Numbered from the stretch's first letter, positions 9,785-18,908 are shown. The stretch is 64,000 nt of DNA from Acutalibacteraceae bacterium (GCA_045533195.1 JAZSHI010000024.1:448-64447); one strand, 5' to 3'. The notes: generated by a model from the sequence alone, not told the origin. Numbers and translations are program-made.

Positions 9785-11293
9785 TTACTCACTTATATTT
9801 ATTATAAATCTGAAGGAAACTCTGCGGGAAGCCGCCATATCTACCTTTCCGTCTTTATCTTTAATAGGTTTGCTGTTGGAATATCCCACAGCTTCAAGTG
9901 TTGCAGCAAGTTTTTCATCAATGCTTACACAGTATTTTTTAACGTTGTCTGCTCTCTGTTTAGAGAAAGGCATACCTTCATCATAAGAAACACCGGAAAC
10001 GGGGGCAACGTGACCTTCTACCAAAGTCTTGGCTACAAAGCCCTCGTATTTTTCGTTAAATATAACAGAGGAATAAACGCAAGCAAATTTATCCAAAAAT
10101 GCCTTGCCTTTATCGGTAAGCACAGCGGAGTCACCGCCGAAAAGCACCGAGGAATCTAGGGCGAGTTCGCCGGTTTTCGCATCAACCGAAACAGAAATGC
10201 CTTCTTTTTCAAAGGCGCTGACAAGGTCATCCATAAGATTTTCTTTTTTCTTAAATATGGCTTCTATCTGAGCGTCGCTTAAAGCGTCAAGTGTTCCCGT
10301 CTGGTCTTCTACCACATAGTCGGAAAGAGAACCTCTTATTCTGTCGCTGTAGCTATCGTTATAGTAATAGGTGTTTTGGCCGTCGGTAAGGACAATTCCG
10401 CCATCACCGCAGTAAAAATAAAGATACTGATAGGTTTTTGTTCCCTTTTCCCACGGTACTGTAAAGGTAAACAGACCGTCTTCGGTAAGCTCTGCAATAC
10501 CGTCGTAAACCTGTTCGCCGTCAACGCCCTCAAAGTACATTCTTGACATATCGTCATCGGGGGAATATCTAAAGGTGATATTATCAATGCCGTCTAAGGC
10601 TTCGCTGTTTTTAGAAAGATAAGCATTAATATATAAATAGTCTTCTTCGCTGTGTGGGTCAAGTCCGCACATAAGGTCAACACTTGTATTCGAATTGGTG
10701 AGAGTAAGATGTCTTCCGTTAAAGGCAAAGGTATATTCAAGTGTTCCTTCGTTAAAGGCATATTCTATAGTATTATCTTCTTCATCGACTTCGAATTTAT
10801 CAAGAGGCTTTAATATAAGCTTGTTGTCCTCAACTGTATAGGCGCAAAGCATTGTATCAAGATTTATACTGCTTTCGTATTTTCGCATAAAGTAAACGCG
10901 CAACCAGTAATATCCCTTTACGTTATGAACCATATGGTTAAGGGTGTTTTTTCCTGCATCTATTCGCATAGGAACGGCGGAAATCTCTATTTCCTCTCCC
11001 ATATGGGTAAATTTTATGTAATTTGTTTCGTTACCGAATTTTTCTTCGGCTTCATCTCCACCTAAAAGACTATGTGTGCCGAAAAACATTTCTTCACTAT
11101 AGTCAAGCTTTGCGTATATATCCTGAGCATTAAGCTTTACTTCGGGAACACCCATAGGAACGGTGTTAACGGTAGAACTGCTTCCCTTAAAAATAAATCC
11201 GTTTTCGGTTTTATTATTGTTGCCCTTACCACCGCAGGCGCAAAGACTAAAAAGCATAAGTAAACATAAAAGTACGGCTATAATCTTTTTCAT
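9785..11293 (-). CDS. lipoprotein with C-terminal OmpA/MotB-like domain
   Basis: Lipobox LFSLCAC-GG. C-terminus has OmpA-like features (VEGHVAP..., FSKQRADNVKKY, SRRVSFRFI). Confidence 0.7.
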   Translation of the reverse strand: MKKIIAVLLCLLMLFSLCACGGKGNNNKTENGFIFKGSSSTVNTVPMGVPEVKLNAQDIYAKLDYSEEMFFGTHSLLGGDEAEEKFGNETNYIKFTHMGEEIEISAVPMRIDAGKNTLNHMVHNVKGYYWLRVYFMRKYESSINLDTMLCAYTVEDNKLILKPLDKFEVDEEDNTIEYAFNEGTLEYTFAFNGRHLTLTNSNTSVDLMCGLDPHSEEDYLYINAYLSKNSEALDGIDNITFRYSPDDDMSRMYFEGVDGEQVYDGIAELTEDGLFTFTVPWEKGTKTYQYLYFYCGDGGIVLTDGQNTYYYNDSYSDRIRGSLSDYVVEDQTGTLDALSDAQIEAIFKKKENLMDDLVSAFEKEGISVSVDAKTGELALDSSVLFGGDSAVLTDKGKAFLDKFACVYSSVIFNEKYEGFVAKTLVEGHVAPVSGVSYDEGMPFSKQRADNVKKYCVSIDEKLAATLEAVGYSNSKPIKDKDGKVDMAASRRVSFRFIINISE

Positions 11294-11299
11294 TTTTTC

Positions 11300-12139
11300 T
11301 TACTCCTTCTCGCTGTCTGTTTCCTTACAGAAGGTAATTATAAGAAGAATTGAACCAACAATGGGAATAAGTCCCATAAATATGTAATTCCAGTCTTTGC
11401 CCGTGTCACGAATACGTCTTACTGCAACCGAAACTATGGGCAACATGGAGGCCATGCAGGACAAAAAGCCTAAAACAGGATTTATAATCATTGCTCCAAG
11501 ATTAACAAGAAAAAGAAATAAATATCCAAACCACAATTCACTGCGAGATGCCTTACCGCTAAAGTTTACAATATTAGTAAACAAAAGAGCAATGGCTTTA
11601 CCAAAGCCTACACGTCCGTTGTTTTTAACCTCTTCGCTCTGATTATAAACAGGCTCATAAACAGGCTCTGTAGGTGCTGCGTAAGGAGTGTAAACAGGCT
11701 CCTCTAAAGTGGGCTGTGCTACGGGAGTTTCTTCTGCAACAGGCGCTTCCTCATAAGCGGGAACTTCTACAACAGGAGCTTCTTCCACTATAGGAGCAGC
11801 CTCGTAAGCAGGAACAATGGGAGCCTCTGCTACGGGTTCGGCTACAACGGGAGCAGCCTCATAAGCGGGAATCTCCTCTACGGGAGTTTCTTCTATTACG
11901 GGTAACTCTACTACGGGAGCTACTTCGTATGCAGGTTTTTCGGGAGCTTCGTAAACAGGATCATGAGGTACTACGGGAGCCACCTCGTAAGCGGGTTTTT
12001 CGGGCACTTCTGCCACAGGCTGAGCAACATGAGGAGCTACTTCGTAAGCAGGCTTTTCGGGAAGCTGAATCTTTGTACCGCAATTAGCGCAAAAAGCTGC
12101 GCCCTCGATTATTTCTTTTCCGCAATTTGTGCAAAACAT
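11300..12139 (-). CDS. zinc-ribbon / Pro-rich repeat / DUF805-like membrane protein
   Basis: N-terminal CTNCG...CANCG, then PEKPAYEVAP repeats. C-terminal SRSELWFGYLFLFLVN plus TM helices resemble DUF805. Confidence 0.7.
   Translation of the reverse strand: MFCTNCGKEIIEGAAFCANCGTKIQLPEKPAYEVAPHVAQPVAEVPEKPAYEVAPVVPHDPVYEAPEKPAYEVAPVVELPVIEETPVEEIPAYEAAPVVAEPVAEAPIVPAYEAAPIVEEAPVVEVPAYEEAPVAEETPVAQPTLEEPVYTPYAAPTEPVYEPVYNQSEEVKNNGRVGFGKAIALLFTNIVNFSGKASRSELWFGYLFLFLVNLGAMIINPVLGFLSCMASMLPIVSVAVRRIRDTGKDWNYIFMGLIPIVGSILLIITFCKETDSEKE
11885..12061 (-). repeat. in-frame tandem repeat (about 57-60 nt, three copies) encoding PEKPAYEVAP-x9-10
   Basis: Three copies of PEKPAYEVAP in the translated ORF. 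The DNA shows the repeated GAAAARCCxGCxTACGARGT unit. Confidence 0.8.
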
Positions 12140-12225
12140 AATAACAAACCACCTTTTTAAATTTTATAGTTCAATTATATCGCATTTATAATTTATATTC
12201 AAGTAATAATTTTTTTGATTTTTAC

Positions 12226-12711
12226 TCACTTTGTTGCTTCCGCCCCTAATAAAATAACCTGCTTTTGCTTTTTAACGGCATAGTCAAGAGCGATTTTTGT
12301 GCCGCTTTTTCTGTTAGTTGGAGCGCCCTGTTCATCATAATATACAATGCAAAAGTAACTACTATCTATCATTTCATAGTTACGCTCAACGTAAGAGGCT
12401 CTGCCTGAGTTCATTATCTTTTCGGGATAATAGGTGTCCTCGTAGCTTTCAAGTAAATAGTTTTTATAGCTGTCGCTTATATCGGGGTACTCTGCCCGTA
12501 CATAAATTCGTTTTATGTGCGGGTATTTTTCTTTAATTTCGGTCACTGTTTCAAGGCATAAACTGTTAAATCGGCTCTTGCTCCCGAAAAGAAAGGTGTC
12601 AACCTGCTTCTCTACAATCAGTTTTTCAATAATCGTTCTAAGTTTTATTTTTAGTTCCTCGGTTTCATTAATGGTTCTGTGACCGAAAAAACAGCAGATA
12701 TTTTTTAGCAT
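12226..12711 (-). CDS. SLOG / DUF1273-like protein (paralogue 1)
   Basis: N-terminal CCFFGHR motif and Rossmann-like layout, recalled from Clostridial DUF1273/SLOG proteins. Confidence 0.6.
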   Translation of the reverse strand: MLKNICCFFGHRTINETEELKIKLRTIIEKLIVEKQVDTFLFGSKSRFNSLCLETVTEIKEKYPHIKRIYVRAEYPDISDSYKNYLLESYEDTYYPEKIMNSGRASYVERNYEMIDSSYFCIVYYDEQGAPTNRKSGTKIALDYAVKKQKQVILLGAEATK

Positions 12712-12723
12712 ATACGTTCCTCC

Positions 12724-12743
12724 AAGTAAATAATATTTTACTT
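12724..12743. promoter_or_regulatory. inverted repeat AAGTAAA-N6-TTTACTT in the divergent SLOG/HTH promoter region
   Basis: Perfect 7-bp arms. A further AAGTAAAT half-site lies at 12766..12773. Confidence 0.35.
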
Positions 12744-12850
12744 ATTATATATCATTATTCACTTAAAGTAAATATATCTGCAGTTATGTCTTATAATAAT
12801 GCGCCTCATTTTTAGGTAAAATATATGTATAAAATGAGAGGTGCAAAATT

Positions 12851-13081
12851 ATGAAAACAGAGTTTCCTGAAAAATATATTACTCTTGGATTAAAGATTGC
12901 ATATTATAGAAGGAAATCGGGCTTCACCCAAGAATATTTCGCAGAACTCATCGGTAAAAGTTTAAGTTTTGTAGGTCAGGTCGAGGGTACAGGTACAGTT
13001 CGCGGCGTTTCTTTGGAAACTTTATTCAAAATTGCGCAGGTACTAAAAGTATCCCCCTCCAAATTGCTCGAAGAAGATTAA
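12851..13081 (+). CDS. XRE-family helix-turn-helix protein
   Basis: 76 aa with the HTH_3-like segment GFTQEYFAELIGKSLSFVGQVE. Divergent from SLOG paralogue 1. Confidence 0.75.
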   Translation: MKTEFPEKYITLGLKIAYYRRKSGFTQEYFAELIGKSLSFVGQVEGTGTVRGVSLETLFKIAQVLKVSPSKLLEED

Positions 13082-13094
13082 GCTGTATATAACA

Positions 13095-13140
13095 AAAAGC
13101 CATTTACACTCGGTTTCAAGTGTAAATGGCTTAGTGATTT
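13095..13140 (+). terminator. rho-independent terminator
   Basis: 12-bp stem GCCATTTACACT / AGTGTAAATGGC followed by a T-rich tail. Confidence 0.6.
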
Positions 13141-13278
13141 TTGGAACTTTTACTCTTGCCTTGCCCACTTAAAACCGTCATTTTTTGCACAAAAACATGC
13201 ATTGGCTTAAGTTTGGCTTATGGCTTACGATTTTAGCGGTTAAAAACCTCGAAAAACACAGTGTTTATGCGGTTTTTC

Positions 13279-14784
13279 TCAGTCCAAAGGTTTCATTGTG
13301 GGGAAGAGGATTACTTCTCTGATGGAGTCGGAGTTGGTGAGGAGCATTACGGCTCTATCGATGCCGATGCCCATACCGCCTGTGGGTGGCATACCGTATT
13401 CCATTGCGGTAAGGAAGTCTTCATCCAGCATTTCTGCTTCGTCGTCGCCTCGCTCACGAAGTTCAAGCTGTTTTTCGAAACGCTGACGCTGAACGATAGG
13501 ATCGTTAAGCTCGGAGTAAGCGTTTGCAAGTTCGCTGTGGCAAACAAAGAGTTCGAAACGCTCGGTAAGTCTCGGATCCTCGGGGGATGCCTTAGTAAGC
13601 GGAGAAACCTCAACAGGATACATTGTAATAAAGGTAGGCTGAATAAGTTTTCCCTCGACCTTTTGGTCAAAGCAGGCATAAAGAGCGTTACCCCAAGTTT
13701 TATCTGCAGTCTCGGCAAGTTCTACACCGATAGCCTCTGCCGCTTTAACAGCTTCATTATCATCAGTAATAGCGCCAAAATCAATTCCTGCATATTCCTT
13801 AACAGCATCAACCATAGTAAGTCTGCGCCAACCGGGAGTAAGGTCGATTTTTTCGCCAAGCCATTCTACTTCATAGGTGCCGTGAATTTCTTTTGCGGCG
13901 CCGGAAATAATGCCTTCGGCAATATCCATCATATCGTGGAAATCAGCATAAGCCTGATAAAGCTCAACTGTAGTAAATTCGGGGTTGTGCTTGGGGTCCA
14001 TACCTTCGTTACGGAAAATTCTGCCGATTTCATAAACCCTGTCCATACCGCCTACAATAAGACGCTTTAAGGGAAGCTCGGTAGCAATTCTCATATACAT
14101 CGGTATATTAAGAGTATTGTGATGTGTAACGAAAGGACGTGCAGCCGCACCGCCGACAATGGTATTTAAAACTGGGGTTTCAACCTCAATATAACCCATA
14201 TTGTCAAGGTAGCTTCTCATATATTTAATAAACTGAGAACGAACAACAAAGTTACGCTTAACATCCTCGTTCATAATAAGGTCAACGTAACGCTGACGAA
14301 AACGCAAATCGTAATTGGTAAGACCGTGGAATTTTTCGGGAAGGGGCAAAAGAGATTTTGCTAAAAGCTTAATAGCCTTTGTATGCAAAGAAACCTCGCC
14401 TGTTTTAGTAACGAAGGAGAAGCCCTCAACACCCACAATATCACCGATATCCATTTTCTTAAAGGCGGCATATTCTTCTTCACCAACGTCGTCACGTCTT
14501 ATGTAGCACTGAATTGTGCCTTTTTTATCGGCAATGTGGAAGAAACTTGCCTTACCCATAATACGACGGGACATAATTCTGCCTGCAACGTTATAGGTTT
14601 TTTCTTCGCCTTCGGTATATTCCTCTTTTATATCCTTGGAATTTCCTGTAACCTCATACTTGGTTATTTCGAAAGGATCCTTGCCCTGCTCCTTTAAAGC
14701 AGCAAGTTTTTCGCGGCGAACCTTTAAGATTTCATTTAAATCCTGTTCCACTACTGCCTGATTTTGTACATTATTTTCTGACAT
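13279..14784 (-). CDS. lysS: lysine--tRNA ligase (class II)
   Basis: 501 aa. Shows the OB-fold N-domain and class II motifs (FRNEG, GGMGIGIDR). Confidence 0.95.
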   Translation of the reverse strand: MSENNVQNQAVVEQDLNEILKVRREKLAALKEQGKDPFEITKYEVTGNSKDIKEEYTEGEEKTYNVAGRIMSRRIMGKASFFHIADKKGTIQCYIRRDDVGEEEYAAFKKMDIGDIVGVEGFSFVTKTGEVSLHTKAIKLLAKSLLPLPEKFHGLTNYDLRFRQRYVDLIMNEDVKRNFVVRSQFIKYMRSYLDNMGYIEVETPVLNTIVGGAAARPFVTHHNTLNIPMYMRIATELPLKRLIVGGMDRVYEIGRIFRNEGMDPKHNPEFTTVELYQAYADFHDMMDIAEGIISGAAKEIHGTYEVEWLGEKIDLTPGWRRLTMVDAVKEYAGIDFGAITDDNEAVKAAEAIGVELAETADKTWGNALYACFDQKVEGKLIQPTFITMYPVEVSPLTKASPEDPRLTERFELFVCHSELANAYSELNDPIVQRQRFEKQLELRERGDDEAEMLDEDFLTAMEYGMPPTGGMGIGIDRAVMLLTNSDSIREVILFPTMKPLD

Positions 14785-14798
14785 ATTTATCAGTCCTC

Positions 14799-15272
14799 TT
14801 ATTTAGAAATAGCAACAATTTTAAATTCAATCTCACCGTCGGGAGTTTCTGCCTTAGCGGTTTCGCCAACCTTTTTACCAAGAAGAACCTTTCCTACGGG
14901 AGATTCATCGGAAATAAGTCCGTTACCGGGATCAGCTTCAGCGCTGCCTACCACACGGAATTCCATTTCTTCATCAAATTCAATGTCAAGAACCTTTACT
15001 TTACTGCCGACAGTAACGGTTTTACCTGCGCTCTTCTTTTCGGCAATAAGCTCAACGTTTTTGAGCATTCCTTCAAGCTCTACAATTCTTGCTTCGATTT
15101 TTGCCTGTTCATTTTTTGCTTCATCATATTCGCTGTTTTCGGATAAGTCACCATAACCTCTGGCAACCTTGATTTTTTCAGCAATCTCGGTTCTGCCGGC
15201 GGTTTTTAAGTTTTCGAGCTCATCCTGTAATTTTTTGAGACCTTCCTCGGTAAGTTTAATTGCTTTAGCCAT
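14799..15272 (-). CDS. greA: transcription elongation factor GreA
   Basis: ORF 14799..15281. ATG at 15272 lies 6 nt after GAGGTG. Sequence has [13 protein letters not shown] and [13 protein letters not shown]. Confidence 0.92.
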   Translation of the reverse strand: MAKAIKLTEEGLKKLQDELENLKTAGRTEIAEKIKVARGYGDLSENSEYDEAKNEQAKIEARIVELEGMLKNVELIAEKKSAGKTVTVGSKVKVLDIEFDEEMEFRVVGSAEADPGNGLISDESPVGKVLLGKKVGETAKAETPDGEIEFKIVAISK

Positions 15273-15337
15273 CTTGAACACCTCATAAAAAATTATTTAT
15301 ACATACCAATCTATTATATATAATTATGCACAAAAAG

Positions 15338-16078
15338 TCAATATAATTTATATCCCTCTTTGTAATCGCCGTAAATGGCGCGAACCTCCTCTTCACATTC
15401 GGTAAGAGAAAGAGTAGGCATTATCTTTAGTCCTGCCTTTGAACATTTTTTGCCCTCGATAAGCACAAGAAAGGGCGGCAAGGAAAATCGCTGACAGACA
15501 AATCTTATTCTTTTGGGCTCGATTTTCTTTTCGCTCATTTTACTGAGAATTTCAGTAAGCCTTTCGGGGCGGTGACAGATACAAAGACGTCCTGCAGTAT
15601 TAAGCATTTTAAAGGCGGCATCAATTACGTCATCAATGGTGCAATCTGTTTCGTGACGGGCGGTTGCCTCTATGCTGTCAGGATTTTTTATACCCGTACC
15701 GTCGGCAAAATAGGGCGGATTACAGGTAACAAGGGTAAATTTGCCCGTTTTAAGTTCGGTTGGCAAATCCCTTAAATCAGCAAGTATGGGGGTAAATTTG
15801 TCGGTAAGATTTCTTTCTTTAGCGGTTTTTTCGGCAAGGAAAATTGCTTCCTCGCTTATATCCACACCTACCGCCTTTTCCACCTTTTCATCCCGAAGCA
15901 ACGCAAAGGGTATTATTCCGCAACCGGTACCCAAATCGACAAAGCTGTCCTTTTTCTTTGCATTTGCAAAGTTTGCCAGTAGCAGCGCATCGGTACCGAA
16001 GGCGTGATGCTTTGATACATAAAGGAAAGCCCCTTTTCTGTTTAGGGGCTCCTTTTTTAATTTTATGCTCTGGTCCAT
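15338..16078 (-). CDS. SAM-dependent methyltransferase, tRNA1(Val) m6A37 (YfiC)-like
   Basis: SAM motif DLGTGCGIIP and catalytic CNPPYF. Confidence 0.7.
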   Translation of the reverse strand: MDQSIKLKKEPLNRKGAFLYVSKHHAFGTDALLLANFANAKKKDSFVDLGTGCGIIPFALLRDEKVEKAVGVDISEEAIFLAEKTAKERNLTDKFTPILADLRDLPTELKTGKFTLVTCNPPYFADGTGIKNPDSIEATARHETDCTIDDVIDAAFKMLNTAGRLCICHRPERLTEILSKMSEKKIEPKRIRFVCQRFSLPPFLVLIEGKKCSKAGLKIMPTLSLTECEEEVRAIYGDYKEGYKLY

Positions 16079-17442
16079 TTTACACCCTGTGGAGTATCCT
16101 CTAATATGATACCCATTTCTTTAAGTTTATCACGGATAGCATCTGCTTCTTTGAAATTCTTTTCTTTTCTTGCCTGAGTACGCTTTGCAATAAGCTCTTC
16201 AACCTCGGCATCAAGACTATCGTTTTTACGGTTATAAAGGAAACCTAAAACGCCTGTAAGTTCATCAAAGACCTCTGCCATAGCATTAAGAGATTCTTTT
16301 TTTGCCCCTGCATCAATAGCCATATTAATATCCTTTGCAAGTGTAAATACGGCAGCAAGTGCATCTGCAGTATTAAGGTCATCCTCCATAGCCTCGATAA
16401 ACTCATTTTTATGAAGCTCAACAAATTCGGGTTTCTCGCCGCCGTCCTCTGCGTGAGAAAGGGCAAAATCAATTCTGTCTCTGCAGTTATAAAGACGCTC
16501 AAGAGCGCTCTTTCCCTGTTCGATAATATCAATGGAATAGTTTATGGGGCTTCTGTAATGAGAGGAAATCATAAGATAACGAATAGGCTCATAACCGAAT
16601 TTTTCAGCAACGTCACGAACTGTAAAGAAGTTGCCCAGAGATTTACTCATTTTGCGGTTGTCAACGTTAATAAAGCCGTTGTGCATCCAGAAACGCGCAA
16701 ATTCCTGACCGTTAGCGGCTTCGCTCTGCGCAATTTCGTTTTCGTGATGGGGGAAGATAAGGTCCTGACCGCCGCAATGAATATCTATGGTCTTGCCGAG
16801 ATATCTGCAGGACATAGCGGAACATTCAATGTGCCAACCCGGTCTGCCTTCTCCCCAAGGAGAGTTCCATTTGGGTTCGCCCGGCTTTGCGCCTTTCCAA
16901 AGACAGAAATCCATAGGGTCTTCCTTAATTTCGCCTACGGCAATTCTTGCGCCCGATTCAAGATCCTCAAGAGGCTGATGGGAGAGTTTTCCATACTCCT
17001 TAAACTTTTTGGCTCTGTAATATACGTCACCGCCCGATTCGTAAGCAAAGCCCTTTTCAATAAGGCTTTGGATAATCGAAATTATTTCATCGATATTTTC
17101 GGTGGCTCTGGGATGAACAGTGGCAGGTTTTACATTGAGTCCGTCAGAGTCGGTGCGAAACTCTTTTATGTAGCGTTCTGCTACCTCGGGCACAGTAATG
17201 CCCTCTTCATTTGCCTTTTTAATGAGTTTATCGTCAATATCGGTAAAATTCTGAACGTATTTTACCTTTATTCCGCGCCACTCAAGATAGCGGCGCAAAA
17301 CGTCGAAAACGCAAAGCGGACGGGCATTACCGATATGAATAAAGTTATATACGGTAGGACCGCAAGCGTAAATTTTTACTTCGTTTTCATCAATGGGAAC
17401 AAATTCCTGTTTCTCTCGTGTTAAGGTATTAAATATTTTCAT
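16063..17442 (-). CDS. cysS: cysteine--tRNA ligase
   Basis: HIGN motif (FIHIGNARP) and KMSKS motif present. 459 aa. Confidence 0.95.
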   Translation of the reverse strand: MKIFNTLTREKQEFVPIDENEVKIYACGPTVYNFIHIGNARPLCVFDVLRRYLEWRGIKVKYVQNFTDIDDKLIKKANEEGITVPEVAERYIKEFRTDSDGLNVKPATVHPRATENIDEIISIIQSLIEKGFAYESGGDVYYRAKKFKEYGKLSHQPLEDLESGARIAVGEIKEDPMDFCLWKGAKPGEPKWNSPWGEGRPGWHIECSAMSCRYLGKTIDIHCGGQDLIFPHHENEIAQSEAANGQEFARFWMHNGFINVDNRKMSKSLGNFFTVRDVAEKFGYEPIRYLMISSHYRSPINYSIDIIEQGKSALERLYNCRDRIDFALSHAEDGGEKPEFVELHKNEFIEAMEDDLNTADALAAVFTLAKDINMAIDAGAKKESLNAMAEVFDELTGVLGFLYNRKNDSLDAEVEELIAKRTQARKEKNFKEADAIRDKLKEMGIILEDTPQGVKWTRA

Positions 17443-17444
17443 AA

Positions 17445-18068
17445 CTATCGAATTCCTTTCTCTTCAAGTTCTTTAATACGTTGTTCAAGTCTGCAAATTT
17501 CCTGAGCAACAGGATCGGGAATGTGAATCTGGTCAAGGGGCTGAACCTTTTCGCCGTTACGTCTTACCACCCTTGCAGGAACACCCACAACGGTACAGTC
17601 GGGGGGAACCTCCTCAAGCACAACGGCACCTGCGGCAATTCGTGAATTATCCCCTACTTTAAAGGGGCCAAGCACCTTAGCGCCGGCGCTTATCATAACA
17701 TTGTTTCCAATGGTGGGGTGACGTTTGCCCGTATCCTTACCGGTACCGCCCAAAGTTACGCCCTGATAAATCAGTACGTCGTCGCCTATTTCGGTGGTCT
17801 CACCGATTACTATTCCAACACCGTGGTCAATAACAAGACGTCTGCCTATGGTAGCGCCGGGATGAATTTCTATTCCCGTTTTTCTTACACAGTCCTGAGA
17901 AATCCATCTTGCTATAAACTTAAAACCGTGTTTATAGAAAAAATGTGACCATCGGTGCATACGTATTGCCTTTACACCGGGATAAAGGAAAAATATCTCA
18001 AACCAGCTTCTTGCCGCAGGATCTCTTTCCTTTACCGCGCGAATATCTTCAAATGTTTTTATTAACAA
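17445..18068 (-). CDS. cysE: serine O-acetyltransferase
   Basis: ORF 17445..18182. Likely TTG start at 18068, 8 nt after AAGGAGA. The 38 aa upstream translate the T-box leader. Hexapeptide repeats are present. Confidence 0.85.
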   Translation of the reverse strand: MLIKTFEDIRAVKERDPAARSWFEIFFLYPGVKAIRMHRWSHFFYKHGFKFIARWISQDCVRKTGIEIHPGATIGRRLVIDHGVGIVIGETTEIGDDVLIYQGVTLGGTGKDTGKRHPTIGNNVMISAGAKVLGPFKVGDNSRIAAGAVVLEEVPPDCTVVGVPARVVRRNGEKVQPLDQIHIPDPVAQEICRLEQRIKELEEKGIR

Positions 18069-18100
18069 TACTCTTCTCTCCTTAAGTATAATAAATCTTT

Positions 18101-18127
18101 CGGGACGATGTGGGCATCGTCCCCTAC
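18101..18127. repeat. repeat family C hairpin (copy 1): GTAGGGGACGATGCCCACATCGTCCCG
   Basis: Identical 27-mer in opposite orientation at 35638..35664. 9-bp stem GGGACGATG / CATCGTCCC. Confidence 0.85.
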
Positions 18128-18362
18128 AAAAAAGCCTCTGATATTGCACAGCAATATCAGAGGCGAATAATCGCGGTTCCACTCCGTTTTATAACTTAAA
18201 ACTTTAACGCAGTTTTACGTCTTTGGATACTAAAATTTCCCCAAAGAAGCTAACGGGCGCAATTCATTTAATCTGCTTTCCCGTATGCCCTTTCAGTCGG
18301 TGAGGCATACTCCCTGTCGGCGCAAGAAAAAACTACTGTTTCCCGAATCATCGCTTTTCTTT
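18128..18362 (-). promoter_or_regulatory. T-box leader (tRNA-sensing riboswitch) of the cysE-cysS operon
   Basis: Minus strand has GCGATGA...AGTA stem I elements and the T-box sequence GGAGTGGAACCGCG (18172..18185). A terminator GCCTCTGATATTGC...GCAATATCAGAGGC plus T6 follows at 18128..18164. Confidence 0.8.
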
Positions 18363-18368
18363 TTTTAT

Positions 18369-18397
18369 ATTATATGCATTAAACCTGTTTTTGTCAA
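18369..18397 (-). promoter_or_regulatory. sigma-A type promoter (TTGACA-N17-TATAAT)
   Basis: Perfect consensus hexamers on the minus strand, with -35 at 18392..18397 and -10 at 18369..18374. Confidence 0.8.
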
Positions 18398-18410
18398 GTG
18401 CACGTAAGTA

Positions 18411-18908
18411 TTATTCCATTTTCTCTTTTATATATTCTATTACTTCGTTAGGATTTATTTTAAGTCCAAAAGCAAATTCATTATATAAGATATTTTCTGC
18501 ATTGGAAAAGGTTATCGCATCCACAGAATGAAGACGGTGTTTTGTTTTACTAAGCTCTTCGCCCTGAAGATAAATACAGCTTACCAGCCTGATAAGTGAA
18601 TATAAATCGCCGGAGCGTATTATTTCCTTAAAAACTTCGTTTCGCTTATTATCGTCCTCTATCCAGCAAAGCGGCTCTTCTTTAGCCTTTAAAATTATTT
18701 CATCGATTTCTTTTTTATCGACGGCGTATCTGATTTTTCCAACCAGTTCTTCATTGTCGGATGGCACGTAAACAGCAGAGCCTTTTTGATAAACAGGTTT
18801 TAAAACAAAATACTCTCTTTCCTTACCCGCCGTATTCATTTTAATTACATCGGTGATTTCACATACACCTGTAGTGCTATAGCTGACGAAATCTCCCTTT
18901 TTGAACAT
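18411..18908 (-). CDS. CarD/CdnL-family transcriptional regulator
   Basis: ORF 18411..18917. ATG at 18908 follows GAGGTGA. N-terminal KKGDFVSYSTTGVCEI resembles the CarD_CdnL_TRCF domain. Confidence 0.65.
   Translation of the reverse strand: MFKKGDFVSYSTTGVCEITDVIKMNTAGKEREYFVLKPVYQKGSAVYVPSDNEELVGKIRYAVDKKEIDEIILKAKEEPLCWIEDDNKRNEVFKEIIRSGDLYSLIRLVSCIYLQGEELSKTKHRLHSVDAITFSNAENILYNEFAFGLKINPNEVIEYIKEKME

Noticed and set aside
13261-14070. 269-aa plus-strand ORF inside lysS
   Set aside because: It is antisense to a clear class II LysRS gene. It is Cys/Phe-rich nonsense sequence.
16411-17424. 337-aa plus-strand ORF inside cysS
   Set aside because: It is antisense to cysS, which carries HIGN and KMSKS motifs. 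No RBS or motif is present, so it is a shadow ORF.
18069-18182. N-terminal 38-aa extension of the cysE ORF (MEPRLFASDIAVQYQRLFCRGRCPHRPERF...)
   Set aside because: This stretch is the translated T-box terminator and the family C hairpin. A TTG start with an AAGGAGA RBS at 18068 gives a normal-length CysE.
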